Shown here: in pieces, positions 45,299 to 57,705 of the stretch | Numbering within the stretch: position 1 is the stretch's first letter | Layout of the letters: every line of letters starts with the position of its first letter | Source: Deltaproteobacteria bacterium | GTDB lineage: Bacteria > Myxococcota_A > Polyangia > JAAYKL01 | Assembly (NCBI GenBank): GCA_028713995.1 | Contig: JAQTNF010000001.1 | Location: 39,981 to 103,980, forward strand | DNA length: 64,000 nt | Direction: 5' to 3' | Notes under the pieces: generated by a model | What the model was told of the DNA's origin: nothing | The model's database searches: none | Seen by the model: only the letters and a program-made list of their open reading frames with translations | Made by a program: the position numbers and the translations under genes

Positions 45299-46128
45299 CG
45301 CGAAGGGTGGGCGCCGCCGTGACCCCGGGTCCGGTGGGGCTTGCGCTGCGCGCCGGCGTCATCACGTATCTCGCGGTTCTCGTCATCGTTCCGCTCGCCA
45401 CGCTGGCCCACAAGGGTCTCGCGGGCGGGGCGGGTGCCGTCTGGAAGGCTGCCTCGTCGCCGGTGGCGGCGGACGCCCTCGTGCTCACCTTGTGGACCGC
45501 GGCGGTCATGGCCGTGGTCAACGCCGTGATGGGCACGGCCACCGCGTGGGTGCTCGTGCGCTTCAGGTTCCCGGGCCGCCGCCTCCTGTCGGCGCTCGTG
45601 GATCTGCCCTTCGCCATTCCCACGCTCGTGGCCGGCATCATGCTCGTCACCCTGTTCGGCCCGCAGACGCCGCTCGGCGCGTGGATGGCGGCCCACGGCA
45701 TCAAGATCGTGTTCGCCGATCCGGGCATCATCCTGGCGCTCCTGTTCATCACCATGCCGCTCGTGGTGCGCGCGGTGGAGCCGGTGCTGATGGAGATCGA
45801 TCCCGCCGAAGAGGAGGCCGCGGCCACCCTGGGCGCGAGCCCGCTCGTCACGTTCCGCCGCGTGGTGCTGCCGCCCGTGATCCCGGCCATCGCCTCGGGC
45901 ACCATCCAGTGCTTCGCCCGCGCGCTCGCCGAGTTCGGCTCGGTGGTGGTCGTCTCGGGCAACATCCCGAACCGCACCCTCACGGCGCCGGTCTACATCT
46001 TCGGCGAGGTGGAGAGCGATCGACCCGGAACCGCGGCCGCGGTGTCGCTCCTGCTCCTCGCAGTGGCCGTGGCGGCGCTCTTCGCCACGCGCGGCCTGCA
46101 GCAGTTCGTGGGGAGGGACCGTGCCTAG
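45295..46128 (+). CDS. cysT: sulfate ABC transporter permease CysT
   Basis: ATGA overlap with cysP. EAA-loop 'EEAAATLGASPLVTFRRVVLP'. Confidence 0.85.
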   Translation: MTRRVGAAVTPGPVGLALRAGVITYLAVLVIVPLATLAHKGLAGGAGAVWKAASSPVAADALVLTLWTAAVMAVVNAVMGTATAWVLVRFRFPGRRLLSALVDLPFAIPTLVAGIMLVTLFGPQTPLGAWMAAHGIKIVFADPGIILALLFITMPLVVRAVEPVLMEIDPAEEEAAATLGASPLVTFRRVVLPPVIPAIASGTIQCFARALAEFGSVVVVSGNIPNRTLTAPVYIFGEVESDRPGTAAAVSLLLLAVAVAALFATRGLQQFVGRDRA

Positions 46129-46945
46129 GTCCGTGGCCCTCGTCAAGTGGACCTGGCCGCGCGTCGCGCTGCTCGCGGCGGTCCTCGTGTATCTGGGCGG
46201 CCTGCTCGTCCTTCCTCTGGGCGCGCTCGCCACCCAGACCGCGGGCTCCGGCTTCGCGAGCCTGCTTTCCGACCTCTCGTCCCCGGACGCCCTGCACGCC
46301 CTGTTCGTCTCGCTCGTTCTCGCCGCAATCGCGGCGGTGGTGAACGGCGTCGTCGGTGTGGCCGCGGCCATCGTGTTCGTGCGCCACCGTTTCGTCGGGC
46401 GGCGAGTCCTCGACGCGGTCGCCGACATGCCGCTCACCGTTTCACCGGTCATGGTGGGCCTCGCCTTCCTTCTCATCTTCGGCCGCGACGGATACCTGGC
46501 CCCGATGCTCGAGATCCTCGACTTCAAGGTGACGTTCGCCTTCGCCGGCCTCGTCATCGCCACCCTCTTCGTCACGCTGCCCTTCACCCTGCGCGAGGTG
46601 AGCTACGTGCTCGAGGAGCTCGGCACCGAGGAGGAGGAGGCCGCGGCCATCCTCGGCGGCTCGGCGTGGCAGACGTTCAGGCTCGTGACCCTGCCCAACA
46701 TCCGGCACGCGCTCGCCTACGGCATCACGCTCACGGTGGCGCGCTCCTTGGGCGAGTTCGGCGCGGTGCTCATCCTGGGCGGCGCCATCTCGGGCAAGAC
46801 CCAGACCGCCACCACGTTCATCAACGTGGCCATGGAGGAGCGCCGCGAGCCCGCGGCTTACGGCATGGCGCTTGTTTTGGCCGTGGCCAGCATCGCGCTC
46901 CTGCTCGTCCTCGAGGCGCTCAAGAAGGTGAAGGAGAAGGCTTGA
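46121..46945 (+). CDS. cysW: sulfate ABC transporter permease CysW
   Basis: EAA-loop '[21 protein letters not shown]'. 8-nt overlap with cysT. Confidence 0.85.
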   Translation: MPRSVALVKWTWPRVALLAAVLVYLGGLLVLPLGALATQTAGSGFASLLSDLSSPDALHALFVSLVLAAIAAVVNGVVGVAAAIVFVRHRFVGRRVLDAVADMPLTVSPVMVGLAFLLIFGRDGYLAPMLEILDFKVTFAFAGLVIATLFVTLPFTLREVSYVLEELGTEEEEAAAILGGSAWQTFRLVTLPNIRHALAYGITLTVARSLGEFGAVLILGGAISGKTQTATTFINVAMEERREPAAYGMALVLAVASIALLLVLEALKKVKEKA

Positions 46946-46946
46946 G

Positions 46947-47978
<1,032 letters not shown>

Positions 47979-47994
47979 ACCCGCCCCGAGTCTC

Positions 47995-49113
47995 TCAGCT
48001 CTTGTGGCAGATCCGGCACATCTTGTGCTGCGACGGCACCTTCCCGTTGAAGAACTCATGGGTGCCGCCCGGACTGCCCTCTGTCTTCGGGTCGTGGCAG
48101 CTCGTGCAGGAGAAGCCGGGCGGGTGGGGATTCACGCCGCCGCCCGTGGAGTGGCACCTGACGCAGTTGGAGCGCGGTCCCTGGTCGTGGCAGGACGCGC
48201 ACTCCATGATGTTGCGGCGCGCGGCGCGGCCGTGGGAACCGGAGGTCTCGGCGGCGGACATCCAGCCCTTGCCGTGCGACGCGGGCATGCGGTTGCCGAG
48301 CTGGCCGCCGACGCCCTGCCGCTCGTGGCACGACGTGCAGAACCTGGTGCCGTGGCACTTCATGCAGCTCGTCTCGCCCAGACGCGCTTCCATGCTGTGG
48401 CGCGAGACGAAGTCGCCGCGGTGGATAAACTCGCGGTCGATGCGCTCCGGGTAGCGGATGGCCGGCGTCACGGTCGCGTTCTTCGAGTGGCAGTCCGCAC
48501 AGAAGCTCTGGTCATGGCACGTGGCGCACACGCTCTGGCCGCCCATGGCCCGCGCGCCGTGGCGTTCGAAGAAGCCCGCCTTGTGCTCGTACAAGGTCTC
48601 GGGCTTCTGAGGGTAAAGATCGAGCCGCTCGTGGCACTTGGGGCAGCGCCCGGAGTCGAGATCGTCCTCGTGACACCTGCGGCAGTCGGACATGGACGGC
48701 AGGAGCCTCTTGCCTGGGGCGAGCGCCGGCGCGTGGGCCGCGTCCTTGTGGCACGCGTCGCACCCGGTCACGCGCGAGAGGTGGGCCTCGTGCGAGAAGA
48801 CGAGGTGGGTGGGCGCGGGCCTGTTCCACTTCGCGGGGGTCGCCGGGTTGGCGTGGCAGATCTTGCAGTCGGTCGTTTTCGCCACGTCGTGGCAGTTCGC
48901 GCATTCGGGCTTCTTCGGAATGGCGTCGACCCGGCCCTCGGCGTCCTTGGCGAGCGCGCCGTGGCAGTCGGCGCAGGTCACGCTCTGCTCGGTGTGCACG
49001 TGGTGCGAGAAGACGATGGCGTCGCGCGGGCCACCCGCGACCGTCGAGCAGGCGCCCCCCGCGACCGCCGCGAGCGCGATGAGGAGGTTCCCATCGAGCG
49101 TGAATCGTCTCAT
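47995..49113 (-). CDS. multihaem c-type cytochrome lipoprotein (14 CxxCH motifs)
   Basis: Lipobox 'AVAGGAC'. 14 CxxCH motifs counted (CADCH, CANCH, CKICH, CDACH, CRRCH, CPKCH, CATCH, CADCH, CMKCH, CTSCH, CASCH, CVRCH, CTSCH, CRICH). The stop overlaps the upstream beta-barrel gene. Confidence 0.8.
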   Translation of the reverse strand: MRRFTLDGNLLIALAAVAGGACSTVAGGPRDAIVFSHHVHTEQSVTCADCHGALAKDAEGRVDAIPKKPECANCHDVAKTTDCKICHANPATPAKWNRPAPTHLVFSHEAHLSRVTGCDACHKDAAHAPALAPGKRLLPSMSDCRRCHEDDLDSGRCPKCHERLDLYPQKPETLYEHKAGFFERHGARAMGGQSVCATCHDQSFCADCHSKNATVTPAIRYPERIDREFIHRGDFVSRHSMEARLGETSCMKCHGTRFCTSCHERQGVGGQLGNRMPASHGKGWMSAAETSGSHGRAARRNIMECASCHDQGPRSNCVRCHSTGGGVNPHPPGFSCTSCHDPKTEGSPGGTHEFFNGKVPSQHKMCRICHKS

Positions 49114-50654
49114 GGCTTCCTCCGCTCGACGAAGCTCACGTCGAAATTATAGACGAATCTCAGCATGCCGCGCAGCTCGTGCTCCGCGTACGGCGTCACG
49201 CCCGCCGTGAACGCGCCGCCCGCCTCCCACTCCTCGAGCCTGTAGAAGAGCCCCACGTCCCCGAGGAACCCGACCGTCTGGCCGTTGTACGCGTCGTCGT
49301 AGAGGTCGACGTACAGGTCGGTGCTCGCGGCGAGCGGATCGAGGAACAGCGGCACCACGGCGCCGGCGCGCAGCTGGTGCATGCCTGTCACGTCCTGCGC
49401 AAACCTGCGGTACTCCACGAGCGCCGTGCCCTTGCCCTTGTCCCCGTACCGGACGCGCGCGCCGCCCACCACATCGTAGCCCAGGTCGAGCCGGTTCTTG
49501 TCCCCAACGGCCGCCGGCGCCTTCCAGCCGTAGAGGAGCTCGTGGTACCCGGCCTCGAGCGTGAGCCACGCAAGAGGCAGGAAGCGCGCCACGCCGCCCA
49601 CCGCGTCGTACTCGGAGTTCGAGAACACCGAGAAGATGGACATGTGCGACAAAAGCAAGGTGGGGTTCGCGTGCCGGTAATCGACGCTGAAATGGAACAC
49701 GTCGACCGGGAAGATGTCCACGGCCGCGTTGGCCTCCTGCACGTCGCGCGAGGGCAGGTCGATGGCCACGTTGGAGCTTACGCCGAACAGGTCGATGGGC
49801 GTGACGTCGAGGTCGACCCCGACGAGCTGCCGGCCCACCTCGCCCAGCTCCATGAGGCGCAGGAACGACACGCCGGCCGAGACCCGGCCCGCGAGGCGGT
49901 AGAAGACCCGGCCGCCCGCCGCGTAGTCCCACTGTCCCTCGCGTTCCCAGTCGCTCCCGCCGGCGCCGTAGTCGTCGTAACTCGTGTCCGGTTGCTCGCG
50001 GTACCAGTCCGGCCCCAGGTCCGGCTCCACGGGCAGGCCGCCGAACGCCTCGAGCCCCAGATGAACGGGCGATTCGTAGGACACGTCGAGCCCGTCCATG
50101 CGCAGGCCGCGCGTCGCGCCGGTGAAGAGCATCTGCCGGCCGAGCCGGAGGTCGAGCCCGCTGCTCGCGAACTGCATGTAGAGATAAGTGGGATCCGCCA
50201 CCACGCGCTGGTCGAAGTAGACGTCGGCCAGATCGAGCCCGGCCCAGCCCTGGAAGTGGACCGAGAGCCCGGGGTGGCCGAGCTCGTCCGCGCGCAGCTC
50301 GATGGTCTCGTAGAAAGGATACACGTCGAGGGTGCGCAGGCCGTAGCGCCCACCGCCGAGATCGTGCATCTGCGGCCTCTCACTCATGAACATCTCGCTG
50401 CGCAGGCTGCCGGACACACGCGTGTCGAGCTCGCGCACGGGAATCCGGGGCGGCGGGTTCGACGCCGTATCCTTGACCTTGGGCTCGACCGCAGGTGTCG
50501 GCTCAGGTGCAAGGACCGGTCCGGCGTCACTTCCCGCCCCCGGGCCCGCGTCTGTCTTCTCAGGCGCGACGCCCGCGTCCATGTCCGCGTCCTGTGCGCG
50601 CGCCTCGACCGCGGCGAGCGCGATGACGGCGACGGTGATGGCGATGATTCTCAT
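49110..50654 (-). CDS. putative outer-membrane beta-barrel (porin-like) protein
   Basis: Signal peptide 'MRIIAITVAVIALAAVEARA'. 514 aa of alternating amphipathic strands rich in Y/G/D. C-terminal 'LRFVYNFDVSF' is an aromatic-terminal beta-barrel signature. ATGA overlap with the upstream cytochrome gene. Confidence 0.55.
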   Translation of the reverse strand: MRIIAITVAVIALAAVEARAQDADMDAGVAPEKTDAGPGAGSDAGPVLAPEPTPAVEPKVKDTASNPPPRIPVRELDTRVSGSLRSEMFMSERPQMHDLGGGRYGLRTLDVYPFYETIELRADELGHPGLSVHFQGWAGLDLADVYFDQRVVADPTYLYMQFASSGLDLRLGRQMLFTGATRGLRMDGLDVSYESPVHLGLEAFGGLPVEPDLGPDWYREQPDTSYDDYGAGGSDWEREGQWDYAAGGRVFYRLAGRVSAGVSFLRLMELGEVGRQLVGVDLDVTPIDLFGVSSNVAIDLPSRDVQEANAAVDIFPVDVFHFSVDYRHANPTLLLSHMSIFSVFSNSEYDAVGGVARFLPLAWLTLEAGYHELLYGWKAPAAVGDKNRLDLGYDVVGGARVRYGDKGKGTALVEYRRFAQDVTGMHQLRAGAVVPLFLDPLAASTDLYVDLYDDAYNGQTVGFLGDVGLFYRLEEWEAGGAFTAGVTPYAEHELRGMLRFVYNFDVSFVERRKP

Positions 50655-51703
50655 GGCGCGTCCCCCGCGAGCTTGTCGCCCGACGCCTCGATCTTGCCGT
50701 CCATGTGGTACTTCAGGTTCACGCCGCCGCCGCTGATGGTGGACGAATGGCATTCCGCGCACCCGGTCGACTGTTCGTGACCCCCGCCGGGCGGGTACCC
50801 GTGGCACGCCTTGCACGGCAGGCCCGCGAGGCTGCCGTTCCAGGTCGGCGAAGTGTCCTCGCCGCCGTTGAGCGTCGCTCCATGGCAATACACGTCGTTG
50901 CAGCGCGTGCCGTCCCACGATGGGAAGACGCCTCCTGTCGTAGCCAAGCTGCCCTTGGCGAAGATCACGTCGACCGTGCCGTTGCGGTGCTTGCCCGATT
51001 GCGCCGGCGTCAATGGGACCTCGTGGCAGGTGTCGCACGGGACGGGCTTGCCGTACGTGCCGGCCGTGCGGTGCGCGTCGTGAGAGGCTCCGCCGCCGTT
51101 CGCGTCGTGGCACGTTCCGCACGCCGCGCCGGACACCTCGACCTTGCCGTCGAGGTGGTAATCCAGATTGAGGCCGTCGTCCGCGAACGTCTTGTCGTGG
51201 CACGCCACGCACTGCGTGCTGTCGGGGTGGTTCTCCGACGGCGGGTGCCCGTGGCACGCGATGCACGGCAGGCCGTTTTTCTCGTACGCGCCCCACGCCG
51301 GGGACGTGTCGGCGCCGCCGCTCAAGGTCGCGCCGTGGCAGTACGTGCCCTTGCAGCGCTTGCCGTCCCAGGACGGTGAGGCGCCGTCCGCCCGCGCCAG
51401 GCTGCCCTTGGCGAAGATCACGTCCGCCTTGCCGTTGCGGTGCGTCTCGGTGGCAGCCGCCGTAGGCGGAACCACATGGCAGGTGGCGCACGGCACCGGC
51501 TTCCCGTACGTGTCGGCGTTGGCAAACGCCTCATGGGTCGGGCCGTCGCCGATCGCCAAGTGACACGTACCGCACTGGCCCGAGCCCACACCGTCCCCGT
51601 CGTTGCGTACGGCCAGGCACGCGGGAAAGCCGAGCGCAAGGAGCGCTGCCACGGCCAGGGCAACGGGATCTGTCGTCCGCTTTCTCGTCTTCAAGATCTC
51701 CAC
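50651..51703 (-). CDS. multihaem c-type cytochrome (8 CxxCH plus 2 CxxxxCH; Geobacter-type C-x4-C...CxxCH repeats)
   Basis: Signal peptide. Motifs CGTCH, CATCH, CKGTYCH, CIACH, CVACH, CGTCH, CDTCH, CNDVYCH, CKACH, CAECH. Confidence 0.8.
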   Translation of the reverse strand: MEILKTRKRTTDPVALAVAALLALGFPACLAVRNDGDGVGSGQCGTCHLAIGDGPTHEAFANADTYGKPVPCATCHVVPPTAAATETHRNGKADVIFAKGSLARADGASPSWDGKRCKGTYCHGATLSGGADTSPAWGAYEKNGLPCIACHGHPPSENHPDSTQCVACHDKTFADDGLNLDYHLDGKVEVSGAACGTCHDANGGGASHDAHRTAGTYGKPVPCDTCHEVPLTPAQSGKHRNGTVDVIFAKGSLATTGGVFPSWDGTRCNDVYCHGATLNGGEDTSPTWNGSLAGLPCKACHGYPPGGGHEQSTGCAECHSSTISGGGVNLKYHMDGKIEASGDKLAGDAP

Positions 51704-51781
51704 CTCGAGAATAATTGATTTCCGTGTAGCCTACCCCCGGTACGGGGGGGCGGCAACACGGCCCGCCGAAAAAAAGAGGAT

Positions 51782-52720
51782 CTAACCCCGCGTGATGTAA
51801 TTGGCCTTGAGGAGCTTTATGACGATGTTGGCCGCGTCGATGTCGCTCGACTTGGCCCGGTCGAGCACGTTGCGCAGCCGGCCGTGGTTGTGGACGAGTT
51901 GGAACACGTCGAGCTCCTCGGGCGACAGATCCGCGAGCCGCGATACGAGGGGCGTGACGACCACGAGATCCGCCTCCATGGGCGGCAGCTTCTTCTGCAT
52001 GTGGCGCAGCTCGTCGAGCTGCCGGAGGCCCTCCATGAGAATATGCTCGGTCGGCATGTCGATGACCTCGGGGAACTTCTGGGGCTCGGGCCCGAGCAGC
52101 TCGAACGTCCCGTCCTCCCACGCCAGGATGCGCACGACCGCCTTGATCGGCGAAAGCCCCGGAGAGTCGTCCACCGAGGCGTAGACGATCCGGCCCTTGT
52201 CGAGGTGGATCTTGCCCACCACGCCATGGCCGTTGATGACAAGCGTGCCCGTCTTCTTGCTCGTGCCGAAGAGCTGGATGAGATCCGGCAGGGGCACCTC
52301 GGCGATGGTCCCGGCCATGGAGCGCCCGGCGCTATGCATGGTGGCGCGGCCCATCGCCTCGGCGGACGCCATGGACTGCGCGCCGGCGCCGGCCTTGCCC
52401 CCATCCTCCCCCGCCTCGACCACCTTCATGATCGACGTGCCGATAAGGATGCGATCGCCCTTGCCGACAACCGCCTTGGCGACCTTCTCGCCGTTCACGA
52501 ACGTGCCGTTCGTGCTTCCCAGATCCTCGATCTGGATCTTGCCACCCACGACCTTGAGGCGTGCGTGCTTGCGGGAGACCATGTCCTCCACGAGCACGAG
52601 GTCGATGTCCGAGCTGCGCCCGATGAACATCTCCTTCCCTTCCTTGAGCGGGAATTCTCCCCCCTTGTATTTGCCGGAGATGAAACGCAGCGCGAGCTTG
52701 GGCATCGGATTCCTCTTCAA
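51782..52720 (-). CDS. FHA-domain protein with a C-terminal DUF4388-like domain
   Basis: FHA 'FIGRSSDIDLVLVEDMVSRKHARLKVVGGKIQIEDLGSTNGTFVNGEKV'. C-terminal 'GTLVINGHGVVGKIHLDKGRIVYA' is typical of DUF4388. Confidence 0.6.
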   Translation of the reverse strand: MKRNPMPKLALRFISGKYKGGEFPLKEGKEMFIGRSSDIDLVLVEDMVSRKHARLKVVGGKIQIEDLGSTNGTFVNGEKVAKAVVGKGDRILIGTSIMKVVEAGEDGGKAGAGAQSMASAEAMGRATMHSAGRSMAGTIAEVPLPDLIQLFGTSKKTGTLVINGHGVVGKIHLDKGRIVYASVDDSPGLSPIKAVVRILAWEDGTFELLGPEPQKFPEVIDMPTEHILMEGLRQLDELRHMQKKLPPMEADLVVVTPLVSRLADLSPEELDVFQLVHNHGRLRNVLDRAKSSDIDAANIVIKLLKANYITRG

Positions 52721-52785
52721 ACCCAGAGAATTTCATATTGTGTTGTTACGGCCGTCACAAGTCAAGGTTACGAAATTGGCCGTTT

Positions 52786-54504
52786 TCAGGAGCGTCCCTG
52801 GCGGTCGTACAGGACCTTCGGCGCGAAGGCGCCCCTTTCGTCCAGGGCAGGCGCCAGGATCCTGGAGACGAGGGGCCCGCCGCTGTCCGCGCGCCCCAGC
52901 ACCACCATCAGGTCGAACGCCGCCGACAGAAGCCCCGCAGCCGCCGGCAGGGCCAAGGGAGCGCCGGCCATCGCCATGACCGCCGCAATCTCCCGGTCCA
53001 GGGGCCCGGCCGCCCCGAGCGGGATCTCGGCCACGATCCCCGGGCGTCCGGTCGCGGCGGCCAGGATCGTGGGGAGGTCCGCGAAGGGCGTTGCGCCCAC
53101 CGCGATCCAGTCCGGCTCCAGGTCGAGGGCCCGGCGCAGGAGCGCCGCGAATCCCTCGGACCGCGAGACCCCGGTTGCCAGGTTGCGCGCGAACAGGCCG
53201 ACCCGGCAGCGCCCTTCGATTCCGAGCAGGGGCAGATCCTCCACCGCGACCATGACCTCGTCTTCGGGCACGCTCCGGATCACGCCCCGCATGACCGCGA
53301 GGCGCGTCGCGGCCGAGCCGCCGACAACGGCGATTTTGGATTTCGCCTCGAGGGCCGTTCGTACCGCGGCCCATGCTTCTGGTGCCATGAGCCTGCCGTC
53401 GCCGCGCGGCCCGGGACCGTGGACCGGCACCTTGGTGATGAGAACCGAGGCCGAGGACGCCGCGGGCGGCACGGACGAGAAAACCAAATGTCCCTCCTCG
53501 AGCCTGTACCTCGCGAGCCCCGTCACGCCGTCGTCGCGCGCCTCAATTCCCGCACCCAGACAGCGCAGGGCGTCGAGGAGATCGTCTTCGCCGGGAAAGC
53601 CGCCTGAGCCCTCGGCCCACGCGCCGCCCTTGAGAAGCGCCACCTCGGAAGGCCCGAGCACGCGGATCGCCTCCACCTCGGGATCCTCGAGCCAGCCGCT
53701 GAACGGACCCAAGTCCACGGCCGCGCGGAAGGCCTTGCCGAGCAGCGCACCGCGCTCCGCTGCCGACGGGATCTTGCCGCGCGACGCGAGGTCCTCCACC
53801 AACTCCTCTAGCGTGATGCGCACCTTGCCGGCCGTGCCCTCGTCGACCCGCGACGGTGCGGCGCTCCGGTCGATGCGTTTCACCTCGCGCGCCACCCGGT
53901 CGAGCAACGTCTCGACCAGAGCGAAGATCGCGGAGTCGGAGCCGGGCAGCTCGAGCAAGGGGACTTCCGCGGGCGGGGCGCCGGGGTGCGCCTTGGCCGC
54001 GAGCTGTTCGCCCACGGACGCGATGGGCGAGGTCACCACGCCCTCGGCGGCCTGAGGCAGGGCGCCTGCCTGGCGCGCCTTGGGCCGTCCCGCGCGCGGG
54101 TCCTTGGGGGCTGCTGCCTTGGCCGGTACGGACACGATGGCCGCTGGCGGCACCGGTCCCGCAGGCTTGGGCAGATCCTTGGGTGCATCGTCAGGCTCGT
54201 CCAGATCGAGGGCCTCATGGCCCTCCAGGCTCAGGATGAAATCACCCAGATAGACCTTGTCGCCACGGGTGAGACGGGTCGGCTCCTGGATGCGCCGCCC
54301 GTTCACGTAGGTGCCGTTGGTGCTGCCCATGTCGGTCAGCACGAACTCGCCGCCCTTGAGCTCGATCTTGGCGTGGCGCTTGGACACGTTGCCGCGCGGC
54401 AGGACGATCTGGTTGCCTTGCACGCGCCCGATCGAGATCATCTCCTCGTCGAACTCGATGCGCTGCTGGGTCCCACCCTTCTCGGTGACGATGACGGTGA
54501 ACAT
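52786..54504 (-). CDS. FHA-domain protein fused to a CpaF/TadA/VirB11-like secretion-ATPase domain with degenerate catalytic motifs
   Basis: RBS AGGAGGG. FHA 'ISIGRVQGNQIVLPRGNVSKRHAKIELKGGEFVLTDMGSTNGTYVNGRRI'. The C-terminal domain aligns to the CpaF core, but Walker A reads 'VVGGSAATR' where 'GxTGSGKTT' is expected, and the His-box reads 'TGRPG' where 'TGHDG' is expected. Confidence 0.55.
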   Translation of the reverse strand: MFTVIVTEKGGTQQRIEFDEEMISIGRVQGNQIVLPRGNVSKRHAKIELKGGEFVLTDMGSTNGTYVNGRRIQEPTRLTRGDKVYLGDFILSLEGHEALDLDEPDDAPKDLPKPAGPVPPAAIVSVPAKAAAPKDPRAGRPKARQAGALPQAAEGVVTSPIASVGEQLAAKAHPGAPPAEVPLLELPGSDSAIFALVETLLDRVAREVKRIDRSAAPSRVDEGTAGKVRITLEELVEDLASRGKIPSAAERGALLGKAFRAAVDLGPFSGWLEDPEVEAIRVLGPSEVALLKGGAWAEGSGGFPGEDDLLDALRCLGAGIEARDDGVTGLARYRLEEGHLVFSSVPPAASSASVLITKVPVHGPGPRGDGRLMAPEAWAAVRTALEAKSKIAVVGGSAATRLAVMRGVIRSVPEDEVMVAVEDLPLLGIEGRCRVGLFARNLATGVSRSEGFAALLRRALDLEPDWIAVGATPFADLPTILAAATGRPGIVAEIPLGAAGPLDREIAAVMAMAGAPLALPAAAGLLSAAFDLMVVLGRADSGGPLVSRILAPALDERGAFAPKVLYDRQGRS

Positions 54505-54518
54505 GGCTCTTGACCCTC

Positions 54519-56075
<1,557 letters not shown>

Positions 56076-56233
56076 GGAATTGTGAGGTTATCGCGGGGGT
56101 TGAACGGGGTCAATCGGCGCTGGGTCAAGTGACGCCGTGGTCGAGATTGCCTCGCGGGTGAGGACATGATATATGGAAAATATGCTTTCATGTCCGTACG
56201 CCGCAAAAACGCTGCAAAAAAAGGAGAAAAGCC

Positions 56234-57331
56234 ATGAAAAGGGATTTTGTCGCGGAGATCCTGGCAACGTGTTTTTTCGCGGTGCTCCTGGGAAGTTGTG
56301 AGGCGGTGGATGAGCGGGAAATCTCCGGACAGGCTTCCTTGCAAAGCCTTGTCGGAAATACGCAGGAGACCGGCTATACCGAATGGAAGGGCGCGGTCGG
56401 CGTCGACAACGGCTGCACGGGCACGCTCATCGATCCGGAGGTCGTTCTTACGGCGAAACATTGTGTTGAAACGGGGGGGAGCAACTTCGGAATACAGGGG
56501 GGAGCGTACATGAAAATGCAGCTCGCGCATTCGACCCAGAAGCTCCTGGGAGCGACCGACGTGGCGCTGCTGAAAATCACGCCGGCCCTTACGAACATCG
56601 AATGCTACGGCGTCAAGAGCGGCTCGGAGGTCACCGTGGGAACGACAGGCTGGCTCGTGGGATATGGCACGACCGACACGAGCGGAGCGGACGTCGGGTT
56701 CGGCGTGCATCGGAAAGGCCAGTCAACCGTTCTTGACGTCTCGGGCAGCATCATCGAGCTCGGAGGGGAATCGAACCACTGCACCGGCGATTCCGGAGGC
56801 CCGTTCTTTGTTGAGCAAAATGGGGAGTGGGTTGTCGCAGGTGTCACTTCGTATGGTGAAGGCGACGACTGTCCGGTGGAAAGCGGCGGCTTCGACGAAA
56901 GCGTTTTCTACGTCTATGACTGGATAAATGATGGAGTCATGCAGTTGACCGGGCATGGGGTTGAGGACAGCAATTGCGGTAGTTTGACAGATACCGATAC
57001 CGGCAGTGATACCGACGGCGATAGTGACGGCGATACCGACAGTGACGGCGATACCGACAGCGACAGCGATTCTGACAGCGATGGCGATACCGACAGTGAC
57101 AGCGATTCTGACAGCGATGGCGATGCCGACAGTGACAGCGATTCTGACAGCGACGGCGATACCGACAGTGACAGCGATTCTGACAGCGACGGCGACGCCA
57201 GCAGCGATGGCGATTCTGATGGCGATGCGGACACTGGTGCGGACTCACGGAAAGGGGATGGCTCGTGCGGATGCTCGCTTGTCGGTGCAAGAAGCGCCTT
57301 CGCGTCTCCGATGAGTCTCATTCTTCTATAA
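56234..57331 (+). CDS. trypsin-like (S1) serine protease with a poly-Asp/Ser linker and MYXO-CTERM tail
   Basis: Catalytic triad contexts 'TAKHC' (His), 'DVALLK' (Asp) and 'GDSGGP' (Ser). 85-aa D/S/G/T linker. C-terminal '[23 protein letters not shown]'. AT-rich upstream region with an AAGGAG RBS. Confidence 0.8.
   Translation: MKRDFVAEILATCFFAVLLGSCEAVDEREISGQASLQSLVGNTQETGYTEWKGAVGVDNGCTGTLIDPEVVLTAKHCVETGGSNFGIQGGAYMKMQLAHSTQKLLGATDVALLKITPALTNIECYGVKSGSEVTVGTTGWLVGYGTTDTSGADVGFGVHRKGQSTVLDVSGSIIELGGESNHCTGDSGGPFFVEQNGEWVVAGVTSYGEGDDCPVESGGFDESVFYVYDWINDGVMQLTGHGVEDSNCGSLTDTDTGSDTDGDSDGDTDSDGDTDSDSDSDSDGDTDSDSDSDSDGDADSDSDSDSDGDTDSDSDSDSDGDASSDGDSDGDADTGADSRKGDGSCGCSLVGARSAFASPMSLILL
56987..57244 (+). 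repeat. coding tandem repeat (36-bp units, GAC/AGC/GAT-rich) encoding a ([12 protein letters not shown])n linker
   Basis: Read directly: repeated 'gacagtgacagcgattctgacagcgatggcgatacc' units. Confidence 0.7.
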
Positions 57332-57403
57332 AGACAAGCTTTGGTCTCGAAGAGCGCGGCTTTCGCGCAAGACAACTTCATCTGGAAGGAATGGGGCGTC
57401 GGC

Positions 57404-57652
57404 CTAAAGGTCTTCTACGGATTTTAGCATCTCCGGAATGAAATGCTGCCGCACGCGGATGAGGCTCCGCTCCTTCCCTTTCTGGCGCACTACCATCAGT
57501 TCGCCATCCGGTCTCACCAAATCGCCCGTGACCACATCGTCGTCAAATGTGTACTCGGTCTTTTCGGCGTACTTCACATCGCCCTGTGCGAACGATACCA
57601 CGGCCATCAGAAACAGCGCTCCGCCAACGAGCAACCCGGTCATGCGCTTCAT
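57404..57652 (-). CDS. small secreted protein (82 aa)
   Basis: RBS AGGAGG 7 nt before the ATG. Signal peptide 'MKRMTGLLVGGALFLMAVVSFAQG'. Located directly downstream of the TPR lipoprotein gene. Confidence 0.45.
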   Translation of the reverse strand: MKRMTGLLVGGALFLMAVVSFAQGDVKYAEKTEYTFDDDVVTGDLVRPDGELMVVRQKGKERSLIRVRQHFIPEMLKSVEDL

Positions 57653-57705
57653 TGTTTTCCTCCTGTCGACTCTCATCGCCCCATGATACCAGAAAATGGC
57701 TTTCC

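Noticed and set aside
45259-46587. 442-aa minus-strand ORF, plus 45270..45983, 45273..46343, 46147..46950, 46442..47119 and 46920..48059
   Set aside because: Antisense or alternate frames across the cysTWA genes, whose ABC motifs are unambiguous.
48004-50780. Plus-strand ORFs 48004..49152 and 49179..50780, plus minus-strand 49147..49932
   Set aside because: Antisense to the cytochrome and beta-barrel genes. The cytochrome frame is validated by 14 CxxCH motifs.
51884-54055. 723-aa plus-strand ORF, plus 52733..53374(-) and 52738..53607(+)
   Set aside because: Antisense or alternate frame of the two FHA-domain genes. Ser/Arg/Pro-rich.
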